A stretch of 64,000 nt of DNA, taken from Candidatus Bathyanammoxibius amoris (lineage in GTDB: Bacteria; Planctomycetota; Brocadiia; Brocadiales; Bathyanammoxibiaceae). Both the position numbers and the translations under genes were made by a program. The stretch lies in NCBI GenBank assembly GCA_024451685.1, contig JAMXCW010000006.1:5218-69217 (forward strand). Reading direction: 5' to 3'. The notes under the pieces were generated by a model that saw nothing but the letters and a program-made list of their open reading frames with translations, did no database searches and had not been told where the DNA came from. Below are positions 8,937 through 17,287 of this stretch, piece after piece (position 1 is the first letter of the stretch; each line of letters opens with the position of its first letter).

Positions 8937-9779
8937 ATGTACCGGGGCACATAGTTTTGAAATGAAACCGGTTTAGTATCGCAAGCCATGTCTTACCCGC
9001 CGTATACCCGGGAACCTGCCATACATGAGCGCCCTCGTTACTCATGCGTAAGTTTGTTCTTTATCGCTCCTCGAGCTATTAAGGCATTGTACGCTCTTCA
9101 CTAACCATTTTCAATATCTTCCATCGTACGGGCGGGTGTTTTTGTCTCTCTATATTCACCGGCTGACCGGTATGGTCAGGATGGGCGCCACGGTCTTGAT
9201 GTCTCCGGATTGCAGGTCCGCGAGTACGATAAGCCTATGGTACCATAACAATCTGAATCTGCGCATTACTCTCCCATGCGGCTATCAAAGGATGTCTGAC
9301 GGATGATATAAGATATTTTCCACAAGAAAACTCCGGGGGCTCTAACAAGTCTTTCTCTGCATATTGCGTATATTATATAGATATATATTGTGGGGCCCTC
9401 GGCCTGTCTCGACAAGCGCAAATGATACCCAACCCCCCTAAATCTTGCAAGAGGGTTTTTGATTCCAACGGCGGCTGTATTTGGGTGGGTGTTAAATAAT
9501 GGGTTGTTTTATGTCCTGCTGACTTCGCTGCGGAGTCTGAAAGCGGATTTGCTGGTTTTTTCTTCTTCGGGGGAGCCGACGTCTTCGGCCTTTATCCTGA
9601 GGCGCAGGCCCCCATGCATCCTGTTAGAACGCATACGTTTACTGCGTAGTTTACAAAGCCTCATATCCGTATTCCGCGTAATTTTCCTAGAATATGTTTT
9701 TGGCACTTGCACAGGCCTCATTCTGTGGTTATAATTATTCGTGACAACAGTATAATTCAGGGTAGATAATACGTAGGTT

Positions 9780-10523
9780 ATGTCCGGGGAACCTCTTATG
9801 GTTAATCATATCAATCAGAGAATGGCAGAGATACTAAAGGACACTGCCCTCTCACAAAAGAATTTTGCGGCTTCCCTGGGCCTTACGCCCGGGCATCTAA
9901 ACGACATCCTTCGAGACAGGACCCGCCCGACGGTCAGGATAGTCGAACAGTTGATACAGGCGTACAACGTCTCCGCCAACTGGTTACTGACAGGGAATGG
10001 TCCAAGGTATGGAGAAAGGCGGGCGGACTACCAGCAAAAGAGGATGGAGGTAGTCACCACAAAGGAACTTTTGTTAAGGGGCGGCAAATTCGGCAAGAGA
10101 GGGCATGACTTCGTAGCAGTACCCGTACTCGGCAGCGAGCTGGTGAGCAACCTGCCCAAGACCATCACCGACATAACAACCTTCAAACCGGAAGACTTCT
10201 GCGTAGTGCCTTATAAATGGATCAAGAGACCGAAGACCACATTCTGCTGCAAGGTTATGGGTACGTGCGTGGAACCACTGACGGACCATGAAATCATAGC
10301 CGCAGTGGATTGCTCCCTCAAATCTCCTTCACGCCTTAGCGGAAAACTCTGTGTAATCATGGTAGAACACATGCCCCTTATCCGCCGGCTCAACACCACA
10401 AAGACCCATCTTGTGTTCGAGACCATTAACCACCCGGACGCACCGAAACCCATCCGTTTCAAGGCCAATGGCACAAACCCCATACTCGGCAGGCTTGAGT
10501 GGACCTGCTGTCAACACAAATAA
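9780..10523 (+). CDS. XRE-type HTH repressor with a degenerate LexA/CI (S24)-like C-terminal domain
   Basis: N-terminal HTH: SQKNFAASLGLTPGHLNDILRDRTRPTVRIVEQLIQAYNVSANWLLTG. C-terminal VMGTCVEP and LIRRL sit where S24 proteins have GDSMEP and VKRL. Confidence 0.6.
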   Translation: MSGEPLMVNHINQRMAEILKDTALSQKNFAASLGLTPGHLNDILRDRTRPTVRIVEQLIQAYNVSANWLLTGNGPRYGERRADYQQKRMEVVTTKELLLRGGKFGKRGHDFVAVPVLGSELVSNLPKTITDITTFKPEDFCVVPYKWIKRPKTTFCCKVMGTCVEPLTDHEIIAAVDCSLKSPSRLSGKLCVIMVEHMPLIRRLNTTKTHLVFETINHPDAPKPIRFKANGTNPILGRLEWTCCQHK

Positions 10524-10603
10524 CTCTTACTGGTTTCTGGTGCGGGGGCTACGAAAGATAGAAACGGCAGCAACAGATAAAAAACTATGGGAAGGGTTGA
10601 CGG

Positions 10604-12073
10604 TCAACGTATTGACAACTTCAAAACCTCCTTGGTCTTTGGGGTGACCTTGACCCTCTCGTCTATCCGGAGTCCTACTACCCAGACGGGATGGGCTTTT
10701 GATGCAACGATAACCACGTTATCCCTCTCCCACCTGGGGGTCTTTGTGTCGATAAAAAAATCCTTAAGCTTCTTCTCGCCGCCCACGCCCAGGGGCCAGA
10801 ACCTGTCTCCATCCCTGCGGGTGCGGACGTAGAGTTTTTTGCCTGCCCTGTCGGCGTCCACAATCTCTTCATCGGGTGTTTTCCCGGTCTTAAACTTTTC
10901 GAGGAAGCCGTCCTCTATCTTTTCGTCAATAATCTCGGCCCTGATTTCCCTTCCGTCAAATAACTTTGTTATGCCCGGCACGACCAGCTCCACCGGCTCA
11001 AATGATTGCGTACGGGGGCGTGATGGCCCGGCAGTCTTCCTGAGGCAAAGCTCCTCGCCTTCGAGACACGCCGTCCATCGTCCCGGAAGTTCTATCTGTT
11101 TACACTCCGTGACGCCCTCCACCATCTCAATTACATTATTGTAGTGTTCGTAGTCCATCTTCCTGAGCGACATGCCCATCCTGGAAAAAACCTCTTTCAG
11201 AAAAAAATGTTGAAAGAAGGGGGGGTGGTGTTTCAGCAGGTCGGCCTCAAATGAACAGGTGCCGGCCTCGTCCCGTTTCAGGGTTGCTCCTACGATCGTG
11301 CTTATCCTTGATTGCAGGAAATCATTACTCCTGCCGGCGATGTCGCCCAGCTTTGTCAGGGCGTCTTTCATCCGCGGGTTGTAATCCTTCTCAAGCAGCG
11401 GGAGGAGTTCAAGCCGTATGCGGTTGCGCAGATTATTTTCGGGGCGCAGGTTGGAAGAATCGGTTCTATAATTCAGGGGCTTCTCCTTGAGATACGAAAG
11501 TATCTCCGCCCTCCAGACATGAAGCAGCGGTCTCACCAGCTTCACCTTCGAGCCCGGTGATATGGTTCGCAGCGGCCTTATGCCGCCCAGCCCCAGAAGA
11601 CCCGTGCCCCTTATGATGCGATGCAGCACGGTCTCCGCATTATCGTCGGCCGTATGACCCACGGCCACGTGTGTGGCCGAAACCTCCCGGGCCAACTCCT
11701 CAAAGAACTCATACCTTGCCCTCCTGGCCGCCGTCTCTATGGAACATCTCTCACGGGACGACAACCCACTTACGTCCACCTCCTTCACGGCACACTCAAG
11801 GCCCAGCGACCCGGCCAGGCCTCGCACAAAGCGCTCGTCCTCCCGGGATTCCCCGCCGCGGAGCATGTGGTTGACGTGGGCCACATGCAGCCCGCAACCC
11901 CACCCCGTTGATTTATTTAATTCCATAAGCACACTCAGCAGTGCTACTGAATCAGGCCCCCCGGAGACCCCGACTACGACACCGTCCCCCGGCTCCAACA
12001 GGCCGTAGTGTCTAATCGTATCTCTTACCCGATTTTCTAACTCTACAGTTTTCACGCCCAAAACCTCCCGCAA
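10604..12073 (-). CDS. tilS: tRNA(Ile)-lysidine synthase
   Basis: PP-loop VGVSGGPDS; a long TilS-type substrate-binding and C-terminal domain. The start may be GTG 12055 instead of TTG 12073. Confidence 0.85.
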   Translation of the reverse strand: MREVLGVKTVELENRVRDTIRHYGLLEPGDGVVVGVSGGPDSVALLSVLMELNKSTGWGCGLHVAHVNHMLRGGESREDERFVRGLAGSLGLECAVKEVDVSGLSSRERCSIETAARRARYEFFEELAREVSATHVAVGHTADDNAETVLHRIIRGTGLLGLGGIRPLRTISPGSKVKLVRPLLHVWRAEILSYLKEKPLNYRTDSSNLRPENNLRNRIRLELLPLLEKDYNPRMKDALTKLGDIAGRSNDFLQSRISTIVGATLKRDEAGTCSFEADLLKHHPPFFQHFFLKEVFSRMGMSLRKMDYEHYNNVIEMVEGVTECKQIELPGRWTACLEGEELCLRKTAGPSRPRTQSFEPVELVVPGITKLFDGREIRAEIIDEKIEDGFLEKFKTGKTPDEEIVDADRAGKKLYVRTRRDGDRFWPLGVGGEKKLKDFFIDTKTPRWERDNVVIVASKAHPVWVVGLRIDERVKVTPKTKEVLKLSIR

Positions 12074-12143
12074 AGTGGACTATAACCCCGGGGAGGACGC
12101 AAGTCAAGGCCAAGTCAGGGCCATGCCGTGACAAAGAACCTAT

Positions 12144-12171
12144 TTGACTTCAAGCACTTACGACTTAGAAT
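12144..12171 (+). promoter_or_regulatory. Sigma70-like promoter TTGACT-N16-TAGAAT
   Basis: Read directly from the sequence. It lies about 300 nt upstream of the next annotated start (12473). Confidence 0.3.
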
Positions 12172-12472
12172 AGTGTCCGGGACAAATTGCCCGGAGGTCC
12201 TTGTAAGGAACCTGCCTGAGGCATTGACCGAATAATTATTATTAAGAAAAAGATGTTGGGGCATTTATCTTCACCAGCAGGTCCGGCGGGTCGCAGGCCC
12301 TGAATTTTTAACTTTTTCCGTACAAGCGTGGAGGATATAATCATGGAAATGGAGATTTGTGGATATCCATCTACGGTTTCAACGAATGGTTTGAAAGTGG
12401 GGCCATAGAGCCCACAGATGTGTTTGGCTCCCAATTCCTTGAGACACTACAGGGAGCCGTGAGAAATTAACC

Positions 12473-13423
12473 ATGCGTAAGGTAACGACAATACTGCTAT
12501 TAACGGCCATAAGCATGTTCATGTGCAGTCCGTCCGTCCATGCCAAGCATGACATTACCAAAGACGACGCCATAGAACATTTCAACAAGGGCAATAAATT
12601 CTACAGCGCCGGCAAATATGACAATGCAATCGTAGAGTTCAACAAGGCCCTTGAACACAACGCCAATGACGCCTCTTCACTTTTTGGCCTGGGCAACTCC
12701 TACTTTCTCAAGAAGAATTACAAAAAGGCACTGGAGCACTACAATAAAGTGACCGCAATAAAACCAGACTACGCCAAAGTGCATTACGCCATGGGCCTGG
12801 CCCACCGAAGGCTGGGCAATAAGGATGAGGCGAAGAAGGAGTTTGAGAATTACAACACCTTAAGCAAGGGAGGAAAATCCCGCACGGCAAAAAAGGCAGG
12901 CAAGAAAGTCCGTCGTAAGGCAACCCGGGCCAAAGAAGAGGAGACGGAGGAAAGCAGGCAGCTTGAAGGCAGGAAATGGGAAAAGAAGCCTGCGGACAGG
13001 AAACTTGAAAGCAGGAAATGGGAGGACAAGCCTGCGGGCAGAAAACTTGAATCCAGGGCTTGGGACAAAAAACCGGGAGACAGACAACTGGAAAGCAGGG
13101 CGTGGACGGAAGATGGCTCTCGCACATCAAAGGATGGAGCGGAAAAGGAACGCCGTGACAAAAAGATAGCAGAAAAGGAAAGAAAAAGGATAGAGAAAGC
13201 GGCCGAAAAGCGATTTAAAAGGAAGGCCGCCAAAAAAGAGAAGTCTAAAAAAGAGGCGGCCAAGAAAAAGAAGGAAAAAAGGGGGGGTCTGAAAGCCATA
13301 TGGAACAGCTCACCTGTAGGCAAGATATTTGTGGGCCTCGTCGCATACACGCTTGTGGCACAGGTCTGGATAGCCCTCGTCGTACTGGTCTGCTTAATCT
13401 TCCTATGGAGGAGACGGCGGTAA
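12473..13423 (+). CDS. TPR-repeat protein with an internal 14-aa tandem repeat, a Lys-rich region and a C-terminal membrane anchor
   Basis: TPR consensus (YDNAIVEFNKALEHNANDASSLFGLGNSYFLKKNYKKALEHYNKV...), a signal-like N-terminus, and a C-terminal hydrophobic helix VGLVAYTLVAQVWIALVVLVCLIFLW. Confidence 0.65.
   Translation: MRKVTTILLLTAISMFMCSPSVHAKHDITKDDAIEHFNKGNKFYSAGKYDNAIVEFNKALEHNANDASSLFGLGNSYFLKKNYKKALEHYNKVTAIKPDYAKVHYAMGLAHRRLGNKDEAKKEFENYNTLSKGGKSRTAKKAGKKVRRKATRAKEEETEESRQLEGRKWEKKPADRKLESRKWEDKPAGRKLESRAWDKKPGDRQLESRAWTEDGSRTSKDGAEKERRDKKIAEKERKRIEKAAEKRFKRKAAKKEKSKKEAAKKKKEKRGGLKAIWNSSPVGKIFVGLVAYTLVAQVWIALVVLVCLIFLWRRRR
12959..13108 (+). repeat. About 3.5 tandem copies of a 42-nt (14-aa) coding repeat
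   Basis: QLEGRKWEKKPADR / KLESRKWEDKPAGR / KLESRAWDKKPGDR / QLESRAWTEDG. Confidence 0.8.
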
Positions 13424-13586
13424 CCATAAGCATGCGAAACGATAGGTGCCCGCCAAGCCGTCCGGCATCCTTTTAATGCCATAAAATCCCACAGAATATG
13501 GTATTATAACAAAGCAACGAAATGACCCGATTACAAAAGCGCCGTAAGGCCATGGACACAAATTGTGGACATAAAGGAGCGGTGAT

Positions 13587-13808
13587 ATGGCAGAGGTAAC
13601 CATATACGGGAAGGATGACTGTCCTTACACAACTGGCGCAAGAGACGACTACGCCGGGCGCGGCTTTTCCGTAAACTATATAAACGTAAAAGAGGAACCG
13701 CAGGCGATGAGCCGGATGTTGGAGCTTTCCTCTGGCCGAAGGGAGGTGCCGGTCATCGTGGAAGGAGAGAAGGTAACCGTCGGTTTTGGGGGCACCTGAG
13801 GGGTCTAG
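13587..13808 (+). CDS. Glutaredoxin/NrdH-like protein, candidate selenoprotein (TGA 13797-13799 read as Sec; ends ...GFGGT-U-G-V-stop)
   Basis: Thioredoxin-fold landmarks VTIYGKDDCPYT and VPVIVEGEKVTVGF. The in-frame TGA is followed by GGG GTC TAG, and a SECIS-like hairpin starts 15 nt after the TGA. Confidence 0.6.
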
Positions 13809-13814
13809 AGACCC

Positions 13815-13833
13815 TGCCGGTAGGTTACCGGCA
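13815..13833 (+). promoter_or_regulatory. Candidate bacterial SECIS hairpin
   Basis: Perfect 8-bp stem TGCCGGTA / TACCGGCA with a GGT apex, placed 15 nt after TGA 13797-13799. Confidence 0.45.
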
Positions 13834-13898
13834 ACTGGAGGCATTGGGGCCCGCCAAAGACAGTATTTACCAGACACGGCGGGGGAGGGAAACGATAC

Positions 13899-15101
13899 AT
13901 GAAAGAAGAAGTTGCCCCGGTACGGGAGGCCGCCGGGAGACCCGCAGAAAAATTCCAACTGCGGCTTTTATTCTGGGAAACAACCGCCGCATGTAACCTT
14001 GAGTGCATCCACTGCCGCAGGCTGGACGTCATGAAGGAATTGGCCAAGGACGACCTCAGCACCGAGGAGGCGTTCTCTTTTATAGACAACCTGGCAACCC
14101 TGGGCAGCCCGATACTGGTCCTGAGTGGCGGAGAACCCCTCTACCGTCCCGACATCTTCGAAATAGGCCGCTACGCGAGGTCCAGGGGTCTCAAGCTGGC
14201 CCTTGCGACCAACGGCACACTGGTTGATGAGCCCATTGCAAGGCAGATTGTAGACGCCGGGGTGCAGCGTGTAGCCATCAGCTTTGACGGCGCGGACGCA
14301 AAGACACATGACGAATTCCGAAAACTCCCCGGCTCGTTTGACCGGGCCACCGAGGGCTTTAAACACCTCAAAAAGCTCGGCATGAGCATGCAGGTAAACT
14401 CCACCATCGCAAAGCACAACGTCCACCAGCTCAGGGACATCTATAACCTGGCCGTCTCGCTTGGCGCAGACGCGCTTCATATATTTATGCTGGTGCCCGT
14501 GGGCTGTGGAGTAGAGATTGCCGAAGACATGATGCTGAGCGCCGAAAAGTATGAAGAAAGCCTGCACCTGTTCTACGACCTGGCAAGGGAGGCGAAGATT
14601 CAGACAAAGGCCACCTGTGCGCCACACTATTTCAGGATCGTAAGGGAGAAGGCGGCGGAGCTGGGGATGCCCAACGACCCTTCTATGACACCTGGGGGCA
14701 GACACTCAGGCGGTGGACACCCGGGAGGGCATCCGGGCGGTGGACACCCAGGTGGTGGACATCCCGGCAGCGCGCCGGGGGCAATGGCAGCCATAACCAG
14801 GGGGTGTCTTGCGGGAACCGGCGTATGTTTTGTGTCGCACAAGGGGGAGGTTTTCCCCTGCGGGTATCTCCCCGTCACCTCAGGCAACGTGCGCACAGAG
14901 AACCTTGTGGATATTTGGCACAACTCAAAGGTCTTCGCCCGGATGCGCAACGTGGACCTGCTCGGTGGAAAATGCGGGGCCTGCGAATATAAAAAGATAT
15001 GTGAGGGCTGCCGCGCGAGGGCGTTCTATGAGACCGGAGATTATATGGCAGAGGAACCTTATTGCATATACACCCCAAAGGCCCTGAGAAAGAAAGGTTA
15101 A
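13899..15101 (+). CDS. Radical SAM / SPASM-domain enzyme (AhbD/NirJ/PqqE-like)
   Basis: CNLECIHC (CxxxCxxC) after LLFWETTAACN. The C-terminal auxiliary-cluster Cys pattern is GKCGACEYKKICEGCRARA. It carries an unusual (G-G-G-H-P)n insert between the two domains. Confidence 0.8.
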   Translation: MKEEVAPVREAAGRPAEKFQLRLLFWETTAACNLECIHCRRLDVMKELAKDDLSTEEAFSFIDNLATLGSPILVLSGGEPLYRPDIFEIGRYARSRGLKLALATNGTLVDEPIARQIVDAGVQRVAISFDGADAKTHDEFRKLPGSFDRATEGFKHLKKLGMSMQVNSTIAKHNVHQLRDIYNLAVSLGADALHIFMLVPVGCGVEIAEDMMLSAEKYEESLHLFYDLAREAKIQTKATCAPHYFRIVREKAAELGMPNDPSMTPGGRHSGGGHPGGHPGGGHPGGGHPGSAPGAMAAITRGCLAGTGVCFVSHKGEVFPCGYLPVTSGNVRTENLVDIWHNSKVFARMRNVDLLGGKCGACEYKKICEGCRARAFYETGDYMAEEPYCIYTPKALRKKG

Positions 15102-15239
15102 TCAAAAGAAGGGGGTCCGCATGAGGGGTTGTGTCCCGGTTACCCTTCCACTACTCCTGCTGCTTTCACAGAAACCGGCCATGGCGGGGAGAGAGATTTT
15201 TTTCAATCTATCATCTATCCAAGACAAGGTGGAAATATA

Positions 15240-16247
15240 TTGCAAAAGACAGCCGCGCTGAGACGTTACAGGGACAATGCGCTTAAGACCGGTTATGTCT
15301 TCTTCAATGCCAAGGCCCTTATGACGGCAGCCAAGTTGGACATATTCAATCACATCGGTACGGGCAGTAAATCGCCGGATGAACTGGCAAGCTCCATGGG
15401 CGCCAGCAGCCACGGGACCAGGCTCCTTCTGGATGCCCTGGCCGGCATGGGTTACGTTAACAAAAAAGGGGGGCGCTACTCTAACACCCGCTGTGGCCGG
15501 GAGGTGTTCCTTGAGGGAAAAGATTACTATATCGGGGACATACTCCGCTTTCACGAGACCATGTGGGCGGGCTGGAGCGGCCTGGAGAAATCCATCCGAA
15601 CCGGAAGACCCGCGCAACGGCACGACATGTTTCAGGAAGACAAGGAGGAAACCCGTACGTTCATCATGGCCATGCACAACACCGCAATGGGCCACGCAGA
15701 GGATTTGGCCTCTCTCATGGACCTGAACGGGGCCAGAACACTCCTCGACGTAGGCGGCGGTCCCGGCACCTACTCTATATTCTTCTGTAAGGCCAACCCG
15801 CGGCTGAAGGCAACTATTTTTGACCTGCCCGGCACCCTGGAGGTAACGAAGGACGTTGTTTCCAGATACAAAATGTCCCGCAGGGTCACCCTGCAGGAAG
15901 GCGATTACAATGAGCAACTGCCAAAGGGCTTTGACACGGCATTCCTTTCCCATATCATCCACAGTGAAGGGCCGGAGGCCAATGCCGCTCTAATGAAGAG
16001 GATTTATGACACCCTGAACCCCGGTGGGAAGATAATAATCCAGGATTTTATATTAAAAGAGGATAAGACTCAACCCGGTTTTGCCTCTACCTTCGCCCTC
16101 TGTATGCTCGTTTTCACGGAGGAAGGCAGGACGTACTCTTTCGAAGAGATAAAGGCCTGGCTGAAGGACGCGGGTTTTAAGTCTGTTAAGTGGTCTCGAC
16201 GTTCGCTGCCCCGTGACATCTCCGTCGTAACGGCGCAGCGCAGCTAA
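15240..16247 (+). CDS. Family-2 O-methyltransferase (dimerisation domain plus class I SAM fold)
   Basis: LLDVGGGPGTYSI motif I; an N-terminal winged-helix/dimerisation-like region. The ORF is open from TTG 15129, but TTG 15240 has an AAGGTGGA Shine-Dalgarno at 7-nt spacing. Confidence 0.7.
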   Translation: MQKTAALRRYRDNALKTGYVFFNAKALMTAAKLDIFNHIGTGSKSPDELASSMGASSHGTRLLLDALAGMGYVNKKGGRYSNTRCGREVFLEGKDYYIGDILRFHETMWAGWSGLEKSIRTGRPAQRHDMFQEDKEETRTFIMAMHNTAMGHAEDLASLMDLNGARTLLDVGGGPGTYSIFFCKANPRLKATIFDLPGTLEVTKDVVSRYKMSRRVTLQEGDYNEQLPKGFDTAFLSHIIHSEGPEANAALMKRIYDTLNPGGKIIIQDFILKEDKTQPGFASTFALCMLVFTEEGRTYSFEEIKAWLKDAGFKSVKWSRRSLPRDISVVTAQRS

Positions 16248-16280
16248 AGCCATCTAATAAACAAAGAAAAGGGAATCAAC

Positions 16281-17144
16281 ATGATAAAAAGTATCCTTGC
16301 ACCACTTGACGGGTCTGAGGCGTCATTTTCCGCCCTTGCAAACGCCGTTGCGCTGGGGAAGGCTGCCGGGGCCGAGGTGCGCGGCCTTTTTGTGGTGGAC
16401 AAGTGGCGTTTCGTTTACGTCCCCACCTCGACGGCCATCGCCGGGGCAATAGGCGCGGCGCCGACCACCAACGTACCGCTGCCTCCTGAAGAGCTGGTTG
16501 AGGAAGAAAACCGTGCCGCGCTGGAGGAAAAAGGGATTAAGAATTGCTTTGACACCGAGTGCAAGGCCCAGGGCGTTAAAGGCACGTTTAAGGTGGTTCG
16601 TGGCGAGGTGGGTGAGCTGATAATCGAGGCGGCCAGGACGGTGGACCTGGTGGTTATCGGCCGTCGCGGTAAACACACCCGGAAGCCCGAGGCGCACACC
16701 CCCGGCTCGATAACCCTGGCCCTGCTCCACAAATCTGCGAGACCGGTCATGGTAGTGCCCGAGGGCACCCGGCGTGGCACACACATACTCGTCGCATACG
16801 ACGGCAGCGAGGCCTCTCAACGGGCCATAGAGGCCGGGGCAATGATCGCCGAGCTGCAGGCCTCAAAGACTATAGACGTCCTTACCGTAGTCGACAACCC
16901 GGAGGATGCGGCCGAACCCCAGCGGGAGGCCGGAGAATACCTGACTCCGCACGGGCTTAAGGCGTCCTTTTTCATGGAGTCCGGAAGGCCATGGGAGGCC
17001 ATCTCGGCACACGCAGGTAAGACAGACGCCGGGCTTATCGTGATGGGCGCCTTTGGGATGAACCGCATCAAGGAGTTGATTTTTGGAAGCACTACCCTGA
17101 ACGTACTCGAGAATGCGAAATGTCCCATTCTGCTCGTGGCGTAA
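16281..17144 (+). CDS. Tandem-domain universal stress protein (UspA family)
   Basis: Two Usp modules, each ending in G-x2-G-x9-G-S type motifs (VIGRRGKH..., VMGAFGMNRIKELIFGSTT). Confidence 0.75.
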   Translation: MIKSILAPLDGSEASFSALANAVALGKAAGAEVRGLFVVDKWRFVYVPTSTAIAGAIGAAPTTNVPLPPEELVEEENRAALEEKGIKNCFDTECKAQGVKGTFKVVRGEVGELIIEAARTVDLVVIGRRGKHTRKPEAHTPGSITLALLHKSARPVMVVPEGTRRGTHILVAYDGSEASQRAIEAGAMIAELQASKTIDVLTVVDNPEDAAEPQREAGEYLTPHGLKASFFMESGRPWEAISAHAGKTDAGLIVMGAFGMNRIKELIFGSTTLNVLENAKCPILLVA

Positions 17145-17198
17145 CTGCCGCAGCCGCTATACACCTAAGTTACATACACCGTCCATCTTATGAAAGCC

Positions 17199-17227
17199 TT
17201 GACACAAACAACGTAAACTGTTTTAAT
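17199..17227 (+). promoter_or_regulatory. Sigma70-like promoter TTGACA-N17-TTTAAT
   Basis: Read directly from the sequence, 60 nt upstream of ATG 17288. Confidence 0.35.
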
Positions 17228-17287
17228 TCTTGCTTCAAAAGCTTTAAGTCATAAATCCAGACAATCACCAGACACCGGGATTTCTTA

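Noticed and set aside
9697-9712. TGGCACTTGCA resembling sigma54 -24/-12 elements.
   Set aside because: The GG and GC elements are about 6 nt apart instead of the obligatory 10 nt.
12850-13482. 210-aa minus-strand ORF, with several nested ORFs on both strands.
   Set aside because: It is the antisense shadow of the Lys/Glu-rich repeat region of the TPR protein. Its sequence is low-complexity Ser/Phe/Leu.
15102-15962. 286-aa minus-strand ORF.
   Set aside because: It is antisense to the O-methyltransferase, which has clear family motifs. The ORF has no motifs and a Gly/Ala/Arg-rich shadow composition typical of GC-rich antisense frames.
17145-17287. Cobalamin riboswitch upstream of the B12-radical-SAM genes.
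   Set aside because: No B12-box-like core (GCCACTG context) or multi-stem architecture is visible. Only a sigma70-like promoter is present.
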